Of a stretch of 64,000 nt of DNA, positions 48,501-62,409 are shown one piece after another. Each line of letters opens with the position of its first letter. Within the stretch, counting starts at the first letter, position 1. Under the pieces are notes generated by a model. The model made no database searches. It saw only the letters and a program-made list of their open reading frames with translations, and was not told the origin of the DNA. The position numbers and the translations under genes are program-made. The DNA lies in the NCBI GenBank assembly GCA_038087875.1, contig JAXLNO010000645.1, positions 1-64,000 of the forward strand, written 5' to 3'. The stretch comes from Malacoraja senta (Eukaryota).

Positions 48501-51342
48501 TTTCGCGTGCTGAATTTACGTCGCTTTTCATGTGCTGAATTATCGTCGCTTTTCGCGTGCTGAAGGTTCATCATTTTTGACGTGCTGAATTTTCATCGCT
48601 TATCCTGTGCTTCATTTTCATCACTTTTCGTGTCCTGAAAGCTCTTCACTTTTCATATGCTGAATTTTTATCGCCTTGCGCAGGCTGATATTTTGTCGAT
48701 TTTCCCGTGCTTCAATTTCATCGCTTTTCGCATCCTGAAGTTTCGTCGCTTTTTGCATGCTCAAGTTTCATCGCTTTTCGCATCCTGAAATTACTTTGCT
48801 TTGCGTGTGCTGAATTTTCGTCGCTTTTCCCGGGCTTCATTTTCATTACTTTTCGCATACTGGTTCTTTGCTTTTACCATGCTAAATTTTCGTAGCTTTT
48901 CCCTAGCTTTCATGTGCTGAATACTTTTCGCATGCTGAATATTCGTCGCTTTTCGCGTGCTGAATTTTTGTCGCTTTTCACGATCTGAAATTTCGTCACT
49001 TTTCGCATGCTGAATTTTCGTCGCTTTTCGCGTGCTGAATTTTTGTCGCTTTTCACATGCTGAATTGTCGTCGCTTTTCCCATGCTGAATTTTCATCGCT
49101 TTTCTCTTTCTGAAATTTCCATTACTTTTCGCGTGCTGAATTTACATCGCTTTTCATGTGCTGAATTATCGTCGCTTTTCGCGTGCTGAAGGTTCATCAT
49201 TTTTGACGTGCTGAATTTTCATCGCTTATCCTGTGCTTCATTTTCATCACTTTTCGTGTCCTGAAAGCTCTTCACTTTTCATATGCTGAATTTTTATCGC
49301 CTTGCGCAGGCTGATATTTTGTCGATTTTCCCGTGCTTCAATTTCATCACTTTTCGCATCCTGAAGTTTCGTCGCTTTTTGCATGCTCAAGTTTCGTCGC
49401 TTTTCGCATCCTGAAATTACTTTGCTTTGCGTGTGCTGAATTTTCGTCGCTTTTCCCGGGCTTCATTTTCATTACTTTTCGCATACTGGTTCTTTGCTTT
49501 TACCATGCTAAATTTTCGTAGCTTTTCCCTAGCTTTCATGTGCTGAATACTTTTCGCATGCTGAATATTCGTCGCTTTTCCCGGGCTTCATTTTCATTAC
49601 TTTTCGCATACTGGTTCTTTGCTTTTACCATGCTAAATTTTCGTAGCTTTTCCCTAGCTTTCATGTGCTGAATACTTTTCGCATGCTGAATATTCGTCGC
49701 TTTTCGCGTGCTGAATTTTTGTCGCTTTTCGCATGCTGAATTTTCGTCGCTTTTCGCGTGCTGAATTTTTGTCGCTTTTCGCTTGCTGAATTGTTGTTGT
49801 TTTTCCCGTGCTGAATTTTCGTCGCATTCTCTTTCTGAAATTTCCTTACTTTTCGCGTGCTGAATTTACGTCGCTTTTCGCGTCCTGGTTCATCACTTTT
49901 GTCGTGTTGAATTTTCATCACTTTTCGCAGGCTGAGTTTTCGTCGCTTTTCACGTGCTGAAGGTTCATCATTTTTGACGTGCTGAATTTTCATCGCTTTT
50001 CGCTGGCTGAATTTTCGTCGCTTTTCATGTACTTAAATTTTGTCGCTTTGCACGTGCTGAGATTTTCGTCGCCTTATGTGTTGTTGATTTTCATGTCCTG
50101 AATTTACGTCGCTTTTTGTGTGCTGAATTTTCATCGCTTTTTACATGCTGTATTTTTGTAGATTATCGCATGCTGAATTTTCGTCACTTTTCGCGTTCTG
50201 AAATTTCATCACTTTTGCATGCTGAATTTTCGTCGCTTTTTGCGTGCTGAATTTTTGTCGCTTTTCGCGTGTTGAATTTTCATCGCTTTTCGCATCCTGA
50301 AGATTCGTTGCATTTCGCCTGCTGAATTTTCCTCACTTTTCGCGTGCTGAATTTTCGCGAATTTTCGTGTCCTGAAAGCTCTTCACTTTTCATATGCTGA
50401 ATTTTCATCGCTTTGCGCAGGCAGATATTTCGTCGATTTTCCCGTGCTTTAATTTCATTGCTTTTCGCATCCTGAAGGTTCGTCACTTTTTGCTTGCCAA
50501 ATTTTTGTCACTTTACGCATGCTGAATTTTTGTCGCCTTTCACGTGCTTCATTTTCATCGCCTTTCGCGTGCTTCATTTTCACCACTTTGCGCATCCTGA
50601 AGTTTCGTCGCTTTTTGCATGCTCAAGTTTCGTTGCTTTTCGCATACTGAAATTACTTTGCTTTGCGTGTGCTGAATTTTCTTCGCTTTTCGCGTGCTTC
50701 ATTTTCATTACTTTTCGCATACTGGTTCTTTGCTTTTACCATGCTAAATTTTCGTAGCTTTTCCCTAGCTTTCATGTGCTGAATACTTTTCGCATGCTGA
50801 ATATTCGTCGCTTTTCCCGTGCTGAATTTTTGTCGCTTTTCGCATGCTGAATTTTCGTCGCTTTTTGCGTGCTGAATTTTTGTCGCTTTTCGCATGCTGA
50901 ATTGTCGTCGCTTTTCCCGTGCTGAATTTTCGTCGATGTTCTCTTTCTGAAATTTCCTTACTTTTCGAGTGCTGAATTTACGTCGCTTTCTGCGTCCTGG
51001 TTCATCACTTTTTTCCTGCTGAATTTTCATCACATTTCGCAGGCTGAGTTTTCGTCGCTTTTCACGTGCTGAAGGTTCATCATTTTTGACGTGTTGAATT
51101 TTCATCGCTTTTCGCTGGCTGAATTTTCGTCGCTTTTCATGTACTTAAATTTTGTCGCTTTCCACGTGCTGAGATTTTCGTCGCTTTATGTGTCCCGATG
51201 TTTTGTTGCTTTTCATGTCCTGAATTTACGTCGATTTTTGTGTGCTGAATTTTCATCGCTTTTTGCATGCAGCATTTTTGTAGATTTTCGCATACTGAAT
51301 TTTCATCACTTTTCGCGTGCTGAATTTTCGTCGCCTTTCACG

Positions 51343-52428
51343 TTCAGCACGCGAAAAGTGAAGAAATTTCAGAACGTGAAAAGCGACGAAAATTCAGCAT
51401 GCGAAAATCTACGAAAATTCAGCATATAAAAAGCGACGAACCTTCAGGTTGCGAAAAGCGATGAAAATGAAGCATGGGAAAAGCGACGAAAATTTAGCAT
51501 GCTAAAAGCGACGAACCTTCAGTATGCGAAAAGTGATGAAAATGAAGCACACAAAAAGTGATGGAAATGAAGCATGTGAAAAGCGACCAAAATATCAGCA
51601 TGTGAAAAGCGACAAAAATTCTGCACATATAAAATTCTGCACAACGATATTTCAGGACGTGAAAAGTGACAATATTTCAGCACACTAAAATCGACAAAAA
51701 ATCAGCATGCACAAAGCGATAAAAATTCAGGACATGAAAAGTGACGAGCTTTCAAGACACAAAAATCGACGAAAATTCAGCACGCGAAAAGTGAGGAAAC
51801 TTCGGCAGGCAAAATGCGACGAATCTTCAGGATGCAAAAAGCGATGGAAATTCATCATGCGAAAAACGACAAAAATTCAGCACATGAAAAGTGACGAAAA
51901 TTCAGCATGCGAAAAGTGACGAAATTTCAGAACGTGAAAAGCGATGAAAATTCAGCACGCGAAAAGTGATGAAAATTCAGCATGCGAAAATCGACGAAAG
52001 TTCAGCATGCGAAAAGCGACAAACCTTCAGGACGTGAAAAGCGATGAACATGAAGCACTGGAAAAGCGACGAAAATTCATCATGCGAAAAGCGACGAACC
52101 TTCAGTATGCGAAAAGTGATGAAAATGAAACGCGAAAAGCAACGATAATTCAGCACATGAAAAGCCACGTAAATTCATGATGCGAAAAGCGACGAAACTT
52201 CAGCACATGAAACTCGACGAAAAATCAGCCTGCGCAAAGCGATAAAAATTCAGCACATGAAAAGTGACGAGCTTTCAGGACACAAAAACCGATGAAAATT
52301 CAGCAGGCTAAATGCACCGAATCTTCAGGATGCGAAAAGCGACGAAAATTCAGGACGCGAAAAGTGACGAAACCTCAGCATGCGAAAAGCGACGGAACTT
52401 CAGGACACGAAAAGCGATGAAGAATCAT
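51343..52428 (-). repeat. Inverted block of the 25-bp satellite
   Basis: Switches to the A-rich strand (aaaagcgacgaaaattcagcatgcg) at ~51343 and back at ~52429. Confidence 0.97.
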
Positions 52429-55400
52429 GAAGAATCGTCGCTTTTCGCGTCTTGAATTCACGTCGCTTTTCGTGTGCTGAATTTTCGTCACTTTTTGCGT
52501 GCTTCATTTTGTCACTTTTCGCATACTGAAGTTTTGTCGCTTTTCGCGTCCTGAGTTTACGCCGCTCTTCGTGTGCTGAATTTTCGGCGCTTTTCGCGTG
52601 CTTCATTTTCATCACTTTTCGCATAGTGAAAGTCCGTCGCTTTTAGCATGCTAAATTTTCATCGCTTTTCTCGTGCTTCATTTTCATCGCTTTCGTATCC
52701 TGAAGGTTCGTCGCTTTTCGCATGCTGTATTTTCGTCACTTTTCGCATGCTGAATATTCGTCGCTTTTCGCGTGCTGAATTTTTGTCGCTTTTCGCAAGC
52801 TGACTTTTCATCGCTTTTCCCATGATTCTTCATCGCTTTTCGTGTCCTGAAGGTTCGTCACTCTTCGCGTGCTGTAGTTTTATCACTTTTCGAATGCTGA
52901 ATTTTCGTTGCCTTTCGCGTGCTTCATTTTCATCGCCTTTCGCGTGCTTTATTTTCATCACTTTTCGCGTCCTGAAGTTTCGCTTATCGCATGCTGACGT
53001 TTCGTCACTTTTCGTCCATTTTGTCGCTTTGCACGTGTTGAGATTTTCGTCGGTTTATGTCCCGATATTTTGTTGCTTTTCACGTCCTGATTTTACGTCA
53101 CTTTTCGTGTGCTGAATTTTTGTCGTTTTTCGCGTGTTGAATTTTCGTCGCTTTTCGCATCCTGAAGATTCGTTGCATTTCGCCTGCTGAATTTCCCTCA
53201 CTTTTCGCGTGCTGAATTTTCATCGATTTTTGTGTCCTGAAAGCTCGTCATTTTTCATGTGCTGAATTTCTATCGCTTTGCGCAGGCTGATTTTTCGTCG
53301 ATTTTCGTGTGCTGAAGTTTCGTCGCTTTTCGCATCATGAATTTACGTGGCTTTTCATGTGCTGAATTATCGTTGCTTTTCGCGTTTCATTTTCATCACT
53401 TTTCGCATACTGAAAGTTCGTCACTTTTCGCATGCTGAATTTTCGTCACTTTTCCAGTGCTTCATTTTCATCACTTTTCACGTCCTGAAGGTTTGTCGCT
53501 TTTCGCATGCTGAATTTTCGTCGATTTTCGCATGCTGAATTTTCATCACTTTTCGCGTGCTGAATTTTCATCGCTTTTCACGTTTTGAAATTTCGTCACT
53601 TTTCGCGTGCTGAATTTTCGTCACTTTTCATGTGCTGAATTTTTGTCGTTTTTCGCATGATGAATTTCCGTCGCTTTTTGCATCCTGAAGATTCGTCGCA
53701 TTTTGCCTGCCGAAGTTTCCTCACTTTTCGCGTGCTGAATTTTCGTCGATTTTTGTGTCCTGAAAGCTCGTCACTTTTCATGTCCTGAATTTTTATCGCT
53801 TTGTGCATGCTGATTTTTCGTCGATTTTCATGTGCTGAAATATTGTCACTTTTCACGTCCTGAAATATCGTGCAGAATTTTATATGTGCAGAATTTTTGT
53901 CGCTTTTCACATGCTGATATTTTGGTCGCTTTTCACATGCTTCATCTTCATCACTTTTTGTGTGCTTCATTTTCATCACTTTTCGCATGCTAAATTTTCG
54001 TCGCTTTTCCCATGCTTCATTTTCATCCCTTTTCGCATCCTGAAGGTTCGTCGCTTTTTATATGCTGAATTTTCGTTGATTTTCGCATGCTGAATTTTCG
54101 TCGCTTTTCACGTTCTGAAATTTCTTCACGTTTCGCATGCTGAATTTTTGGTCGCTTTTCGCCTCCTCAAGGTTCATCATTTTTCACGTGCTGAATTTTC
54201 ATCGCTTTTCGCTGGCTGAATTTCCATCGCTTTTCATGTGCTGAAATTCTGTCGCTTTGCATGTGCTGAGATTTGCGTCGCTTTATGTGTGTTGCTTTTC
54301 GCGTCCTGAATTCACGTTGATTTTTGTGTGCTGAATTTTCATCGCTTTTTGCATTCAGTATTTTTGTAGATTTTCGCAAGCTAAATTTTCGTCACTTTTC
54401 GCGTGCTGAATTTTTGTCACTTTTCACGTTCTGAAATGTCATCACTTTTTGCATGCTGAATTTTCATCTTTTTTTGCGTGCTGAATTTTTGTCGCTTTTC
54501 GCGTGTTGAATTTTCGTCACTTTTCGCATCCTGAAGATTCGTTGCATTTCGCCTGCTGAATTTCCCTCACTTTTCGCGTGATGAATTTTACGTTGATTTT
54601 CATGTCCTGAAAGCTCTTCACTTTTCATATGCTGAATTTTTATCACTTTGCGCAGGCTGATATTTCATCGATTTTCCCGTGCTTCAATTTGATCGCTTTT
54701 CGCATCCTGAAGGTTCGTCACTTTTCGCGTGCTGAATTTTTGTCACTTTATGCATGCTGTATTTTCGTCGCCTTTCATTTTCATCTGCTTTCGCGTCCTG
54801 AATTTACTTTGCTTTGCGTGTGCTGAATTTTCGGCGCTTTTTGCGTGCTTCATCTTCATCACTTCACATACTGAAGTTTGCTTTTACCATGCTAAATTTT
54901 CGTAGCTTTTCCCTAGCTTCATTTTCCATCGCTTTTCGCATCCTGAAGTTTCGTCGCTTTTCGCGTCCTGAATTTACGTCACTTTTCGCAAGCAGAATTT
55001 TCATCGCTTTTCCCGTGCTTCATTTTCATCGCTTTTCGTGTCCTGAAGGTTCGTCACTTTTTGCGTGCTGAATTCTTGTCACTTTTCGAATGCTGAATTT
55101 TCATCGCCTTTCCCGTGCTTCATTTTCATTGCCTTTCGCGTGCTTCATTTCATCACTTTTCGCGTCCTGAAGTTTCGTCGCTTTTCGTGTCCTGAATTTA
55201 CTTCGCTTTTCCCGTGCTTCATTTTCATCGCTTTCGTATCCTGAAGGTTCGTCGCTTTTCACGTGCTGTATTTTCCTCACTTTTCGCATGCTGAATATCC
55301 GTCGCTTTTCGCGTGATGAATTTTTGTAGCTATTCGCAAGCTGAATTTTCATCGCTTTTCCCGTGCTTCATTTTCATCGCTTTTCGTGTCCTGAATTTTC

Positions 55401-56542
55401 GTCGCTTTTAGCATCCTAAAGGTTCGTTGCATTTCGCCTGCTGAATTTTCCTCACTTTTTTGTCGATTTTGTCGCTTTGCACGTGCTGAAATTTTCATTG
55501 GTTTATGTGTCCCGATGTTTTGTTGCTTTTCGCATCCTGATTTTACGTCGCTTTTTGTGTGCTGAATTTTTGTAGATTTTCGCATGTTGAATTTTCGTCA
55601 TTTTTCGCGTACTGAATATTCGTCACTTTTCACGTTCTGAAATATCGTCGCTTTTCGAATGCTGAATTTTCGTCGCCTTTCGCGTGTTTCATTTTCATCG
55701 CCTTTCGCGTGCTTTATTTTCATCACTTTTCGCGTCCTGAAGTTTCGTCGCTCTTCGCATGCTGAAGTTTTGTCGCTTTTCACGTCCTGAATTTTTGTTA
55801 CTTTTCACGTGCTGATATTTTCGTCGCTTTATGCCCCTGAATTTACGTTGCTTTTTGTGTGTTAATTTTTATCGCTTTTTGCGTGCTGAATTTTCGTCGC
55901 CTTTCGCGTGCTTCATTTTCATCACCTTTCACTTGCTTCATTTTCATCGCCTTTTGTGTACTTCATTTTCATCACTTTTCGCGTCCTGAAGGTTCGTTGC
56001 TTTTCGCTTGCTGAAGTTTCGTCGCTTTATATGTGCTGAATTATCGTCTTGTTTCGCGTGTTTCATTTTCATCACTTTTCGCATAGAGGTTCGTCGCTTT
56101 TCGCATGCTGAATTTTCGTCACTTTTCCAGTGCTTCACTTTCATCGCTTTTCACATCCTGAAGGTTCATCGCTTTTCGCATGCTGAATTTTCTTCGATTT
56201 TCGCATGCTGAATTTTCATCACTTTTCGCGTGCTGAATTTTCGTCGCTTTTCACGTTATGAAATTTTGTCACTTTTCGCGTGCTGAATTTTCGTCGCTTT
56301 TCATGTTCTGAAATTTCTTCACTTTTCGCGTGCTTAATTTTCGTCCCTTTTCGCATGCTGAATTTTCGTCGCTTTTCCCGTGCTTCATTTTCATCGCTTT
56401 TTACGTCCTGAAGGTTCGTCACTTCATGCCCCTGAATTTACGTTGCATTTTGTGTGTGAATTTTTATCGCTTTTTGCGTGCTGAATTTTCATCACTTTTC
56501 GCATCCTGAAGATTCGTCACATTTCGCCTGCTGAATTTTCCT

Positions 56543-59500
56543 CACTTTTCGCGTGCTGCATTTTCGTCAATTTTCGTGTCCTGAGAGCTCGTCACTTTTC
56601 ATGTGCTGAATTTTTATCGCTTTGCGCAGGCTGATTTTTCGTCAATTTCCGTATGCTGAAAATTTGTCGCTTTTCACGTCCTGAAATATCGTCGCTTTAT
56701 GCGTACTGAATTTTTGTCGCTTTTCGCATGCTGAATTTTCATCGCCTTTCGTGTGCTTCATTTTCATCGCCTTTCACATGCTTCATTTTCATCGCCTTTC
56801 GCGTACTTCATTTTCATCACTTTTCGCGTACTGAAGGTTCGTCGCTTTTCGCATGCTGAAGTTTCGTCGCTTTTCGCATCATGAATTTACGTCGCTTTTC
56901 ATGTGCTGAATTATCGTCACTTTTCGCGTGTTTCTCATTCATCACTTTTCGCATACTGAAGGTTCGTTGTTTTTCGCATGCTCAATTTACGTCGCTTTTC
57001 CAGTGCTTCATTTTCATCGCTTTTCGCGTCCTGAAGGTTCGTCGCTTTTCGCATGCTGAATTTTCGTCGATTTTCGCATGCTGAATTTTCGTCACTTTTC
57101 GCGTGCTGAATTTTCGTCGTTTTCACGTTCTGAAATTTCTTCACTTTTAGCGTGCTTAATTTTCGTCGCTTTTTGCGTACTGAATTTTCGTAGCGTTTTT
57201 CATGCTGAATTTTCGTCGCATTTCCCATGCTGAATTTTCATCTGTTTTCTCTTTCTGAAACTTCGTTACTTTTCGCGTGCTGAATTTACGTCGCATTACG
57301 TGTCCTGAAGGTTCATCACTTTTGTTGTGTTGAATTTTCATTGCTTTTCGCAGGATGAATTTTCGTCACTTTTCACGTGCTGTATTTTTGTCACTTTTCG
57401 CATGCTGAATTTTCGTTGCTTTTCACATGCTGAATTTTCGTCGCTTTTCGCATGCAGAATTTTTGTCGCTTTTCGCGTCCAGAATGTTCGTCGCTTTTCG
57501 CCTGCTGAATTTCGTCACTTTTCGCGTCTGAATTATCGTCGATTTTCGTGTCCTGAAAGCTCGTCACTTTTCATCTGCTGAAATATCGTCACTTTTTGCG
57601 TGCTGAATGTTTGTCCTTTTTGACGATCAGAATTATCAGCGCTTTTCGCAGACTGAATTTTCATCGCTTTTCAAGTGCTGAAATTTTGTCAGTTTGTCGT
57701 GCTGAACTTTTCGTCGCTTTATGTGTCCCGATGTTTTGTTGCTTTTCACGTCCTGAATTTATGTCATTTTTTGTGTGCTGAATTTTCATCGCTTTTTACG
57801 TGCTGTATTTTTTGTAGATTTTCGCATCCTGAAGAATCGTCGTATTTCACCTGCTGAATTTTCCTCACTTTTCGGTTGCTCAATTTTCATCGATTTTCGT
57901 GTCCTGAAAGCTCGTCACTTTTCATGTGCTGAATTTTTTTAATCACTTTTCGCATACTGAAGGTTCGTAGCTTTTCGCATGCTGAATTTTCGTCGCTTTT
58001 CCAGTTTCATTATAATTGCTTTTCACGTCCTGAAGGTTCATCAATTTTCATGTGCTGAAGGTTCGTCGCTTTTAGCATGCTGAAGTTTCCTCGCTTTTCA
58101 CATGCTGCAATTTCATAGCTTTTCGCGTCCTGAATTTACGTCGCATTTCGTGTGCTCAAATTTCTTCGCTTTTCGCGTGCTTCATTTTCATCGCTTTTCG
58201 CATACTGAAGGTTCGTCGCTTTTAGCATGCTAAATTTTTGTCGCTTTTCCCGTGCTTCATTTTCGTCGCTTTTCCTGTACTGAAGGCTCGTCACTTTTCA
58301 CATGCTGAATTTTCGTCGATTTTCACATGCTGAATTTTCATCGCTTTTTGCATGCTGGATTTTCGTCGCTTTTCTCATTCTGAAATTTTCGTCGCTTTAT
58401 GTTCCGATGTTTTGTTGCTTTTCGCGTCCTGAATTTACAACGCTTTTTGTGTGCAGAATTTTCATTGCTTTTCGCATCCTGAAGTTTTGTCCGTTTTCGC
58501 CTGCCGTATTTTGCTCACTTTTTGCGTGCTGAATTTTTGTCGAATTTCGTGTCCTGAAAGCTAGTCACTTTTCATGTGCTGAAATTTTATCCCTTTTCGC
58601 AGTCTGATTTTTCGTCGATTTTCGTGTGCTGATATTTCGTCGCTTTTCACTTCCTGTGATATCGTAGCTTTATGCGTGCGGAATTTTTGTCACTTTTCGC
58701 ATGATGAATTTTCGTCGCCTTTCGCATGCTTCATTTTCGTCACCTTTCGCGTGCTTCATTTTCATCACTTATCGCGTCCTGAAGGGTCATCGCTTTTCGC
58801 ATGCTGAAGTTTCGTCGCTTTTCGCATCCTGAATTTACGTCACATTTCGTGTGCTGAAGTTTCTTTGCTTTTCGCGTGCTTCATTTTCATCACTTTCCAC
58901 ATACTGAAGGTTCGTCGCTTTTAGCATGCTAAATATTTGTCTCTTTTCCCGTGCTTCATTTTCATCGCTTTTCACGTACTGAAGGTTCGTCGCTTTTCAC
59001 ATGCTGAATTTTCATCGCTTTTTGCATGCTGAATTTTCATCGCTTTTCTCGTTCTGAAATTTTCGTCGCTTTATGTCCCGATGTTTTGTTGCTTTTCGCG
59101 TCCTGAATTTACGTCGCTTTTTGTGTGCTGAATTTTCATTGCTTTTCGCATCCTGAAGTTTCGTCCCTTTTCGCCTGCTGTATTTTCATCACTTTTCGCG
59201 TGCTGCATTTTCGTCAATTTTCGTGTCCTGAGAGCTCGTCACTTTTCATGTGCTGAATTTTTATCGCTTTGCGCAGGCTGATTTTTCGTCAATTTCCGTA
59301 TGCTGAAAATTTGTCGCTTTTCACGTCCTGAAATATCGTCGCTTTATGCGTACTGAATTTTTGTCGCTTTTCGCATGCTGAATTTTCATCGCCTTTCGTG
59401 TGCTTCATTTTCATCGCCTTTCACATGCTTCATTTTCATCGCCTTTCGCGTACTTCATTTTCATCACTTTTCGCGTACTGAAGGTTCGTCGCTTTTCGCA

Positions 59501-62409
59501 TGCTGAAGTTTCGTCGCTTTTCGCATCATGAATTTACGTCGCTTTTCATGTGCTGAATTATCGTCACTTTTCGCGTGTTTCTCATTCATCACTTTTCGCA
59601 TACTGAAGGTTCGTTGTTTTTCGCATGCTCAATTTACGTCGCTTTTCCAGTGCTTCATTTTCATCGCTTTTCGCGTCCTGAAGGTTCGTCGCTTTTCGCA
59701 TGCTGAATTTTCGTCGATTTTCGCATGCTGAATTTTCGTCACTTTTCGCGTGCTGAATTTTCGTCGTTTTCACGTTCTGAAATTTCTTCACTTTTAGCGT
59801 GCTTAATTTTCGTCGCTTTTTGCGTACTGAATTTTCGTAGCGTTTTTCATGCTGAATTTTCGTCGCATTTCCCATGCTGAATTTTCATCTGTTTTCTCTT
59901 TCTGAAACTTCGTTACTTTTCGCGTGCTGAATTTACGTCGCTTTACGTGTCCTGAAGGTTCATCACTTTTGTTGTGTTGAATTTTCATCGCTTTTCGCAG
60001 GATGAATTTTCGTCACTTTTCACGTGCTGTATTTTTGTCACTTTTCGCATGCTGAATTTTCGTTGCTTTTCACATGCTGAATTTTCGTCGCTTTTCGCAT
60101 GCAGAATTTTTGTCGCTTTTCGCGTCCAGAATGTTCGTCGCTTTTCGCCTGCTGAATTTCGTCACTTTTCGCGGCTGAATTATCGTCGATTTTCGTGTCC
60201 TGAAAGCTCGTCACTTTTCATCTGCTGAAATATCGTCACTTTTTGCGTGCTGAATGTTTGTCCTTTTTGACGATCAGAATTATCAGCGCTTTTCGCAGAC
60301 TGAATTTTCATCGCTTTTCAAGTGCTGAAATTTTGTCAGTTTGTCGTGCTGAACTTTTCGTCGCTTTATGTGTCCCGATGTTTTGTTGCTTTTCACGTCC
60401 TGAATTTATGTCATTTTTGTGTGTGCTGAATTTTCATCGCTTTTTACGTGCTGTATTTTTTGTAGATTTTCGCATCCTGAAGAATCGTCGTATTTCACCT
60501 GCTGAATTTTCCTCACTTTTCGGTTGCTCAATTTTCATCGATTTTCGTGTCCTGAAAGCTCGTCACTTTTCATGTGCTGAATTTTTTTAATCACTTTTCG
60601 CATACTGAAGGTTCGTAGCTTTTCGCATGCTGAATTTTCGTCGCTTTTCCAGTTTCATTATAATTGCTTTTCACGTCCTGAAGGTTCGTTGCTTTTCTCA
60701 TGCTGAATTTCCGTCGATTTTCGCATGCTGAATTTTCGTCGCCTTTCGTGTGCTTCATTTTCATTGCGTTTCGCGTGCTTCATTTTCATCGCTTTTCTCG
60801 ACCTGAATTTACGTTGCTTTTCGAGTGCTGAATTTTCGTTGCTTTTCACGTGCTTCATTTCCATCACTTTTCGCATACTGAAGGTTGGTCGCTTTTAGCA
60901 TGCTGAATTGTCGTCGCTTTTCTCGTTCTGAAATGTCATCACTTTTCGTGTGCTGAATTTTCGTCGCTTTTCACGTCCTGAAGGTTCATCAATTTTCATG
61001 TGCTGAATTTTCATCGCTTTTCGCAGGCTGAATTTTCGTCGCTTTTCATGTGCTGAAATGTTGTCACTTTTCATGTGCTGAAATTTTCGTCGCTTTATGG
61101 GTTGTTGCTTTTCGCGTCCTGAATTTACGTCACTTTTTGTGTTCTGAATTTTCATCACTTTTTGCATGCTGTATTTTTGTAGCTTTATGCATGCAGAATT
61201 TTCGTCACTTTCCCTTGCTGAATTTTCGTCGCATTTCGCGTCCTGAAGGTTCATCAATTTTCATGTGCTGAAGGTTCGTCGCTTTTAGCATGCTGAAGTT
61301 TCCTCGCTTTTCACATGCTGCAATTTCATAGCTTTTCGCGTCCTGAATTTACGTCGCATTTCGTGTGCTCAAATTTCTTCGCTTTTCGCGTGGTTCATTT
61401 TCATCGCTTTTCGCATACTGAAGGTTCGTCGCTTTTAGCATGCTAAATTTTTGTCGCTTTTCCCGTGCTTCATTTTCGTCGCTTTTCCTGTACTGAAGGC
61501 TCGTCACTTTTCACATGCTGAATTTTCGTCGATTTTCACATGCTGAATTTTCATCGCTTTTTGCATGCTGGATTTTCGTCGCTTTTCTCATTCTGAAATT
61601 TTCGTCGCTTTATGTTCCGATGTTTTGTTGCTTTTCGCGTCCTGAATTTACAACGCTTTTTGTGTGCAGAATTTTCATTGCTTTTCGCATCCTGAAGTTT
61701 TGTCCGTTTTCGCCTGCCGTATTTTGCTCACTTTTTGCGTGCTGAATTTTTGTCGAATTTCGTGTCCTGAAAGCTAGTCACTTTTCATGTGCTGAAATTT
61801 TATCCCTTTTCGCAGTCTGATTTTTCGTCGATTTTCGTGTGCTGATATTTCGTCGCTTTTCACTTCCTGTGATATCGTAGCTTTATGCGTGCGGAATTTT
61901 TGTCACTTTTCGCATGATGAATTTTCGTCGCCTTTCGCATGCTTCATTTTCGTCACCTTTCGCGTGCTTCATTTTCATCACTTATCGCGTCCTGAAGGGT
62001 CATCGCTTTTCGCATGCTGAAGTTTCGTCGCTTTTCGCATCCTGAATTTACGTCACATTTCGTGTGCTGAAGTTTCTTTGCTTTTCGCGTGCTTCATTTT
62101 CATCACTTTCCACATACTGAAGGTTCGTCCCTTTTAGCATGCTAAATATTTGTCTCTTTTCCCGTGCTTCATTTTCATCGCTTTTCACGTACTGAAGGTT
62201 CGTCGCTTTTCACATGCTGAATTTTCATCGCTTTTTGCATGCTGAATTTTCATCGCTTTTCTCGTTCTGAAATTTTCGTCGCTTTATGTCCCGATGTTTT
62301 GTTGCTTTTCGCGTCCTGAATTTACGTCGCTTTTTGTGTGCTGAATTTTCATTGCTTTTCGCATCCTGAAGTTTCGTCCCTTTTCGCCTGCTGTATTTTC
62401 ATCACTTTT
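56543..62409 (+). repeat. Near-identical tandem duplication of a ~2.65 kb satellite unit
   Basis: 56543-58039 recurs at +2647 and 58027-59196 recurs at +3213. The ORF track gives identical translations at 56881/59528, 56935/59582 and 58302/61515. Confidence 0.92.
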
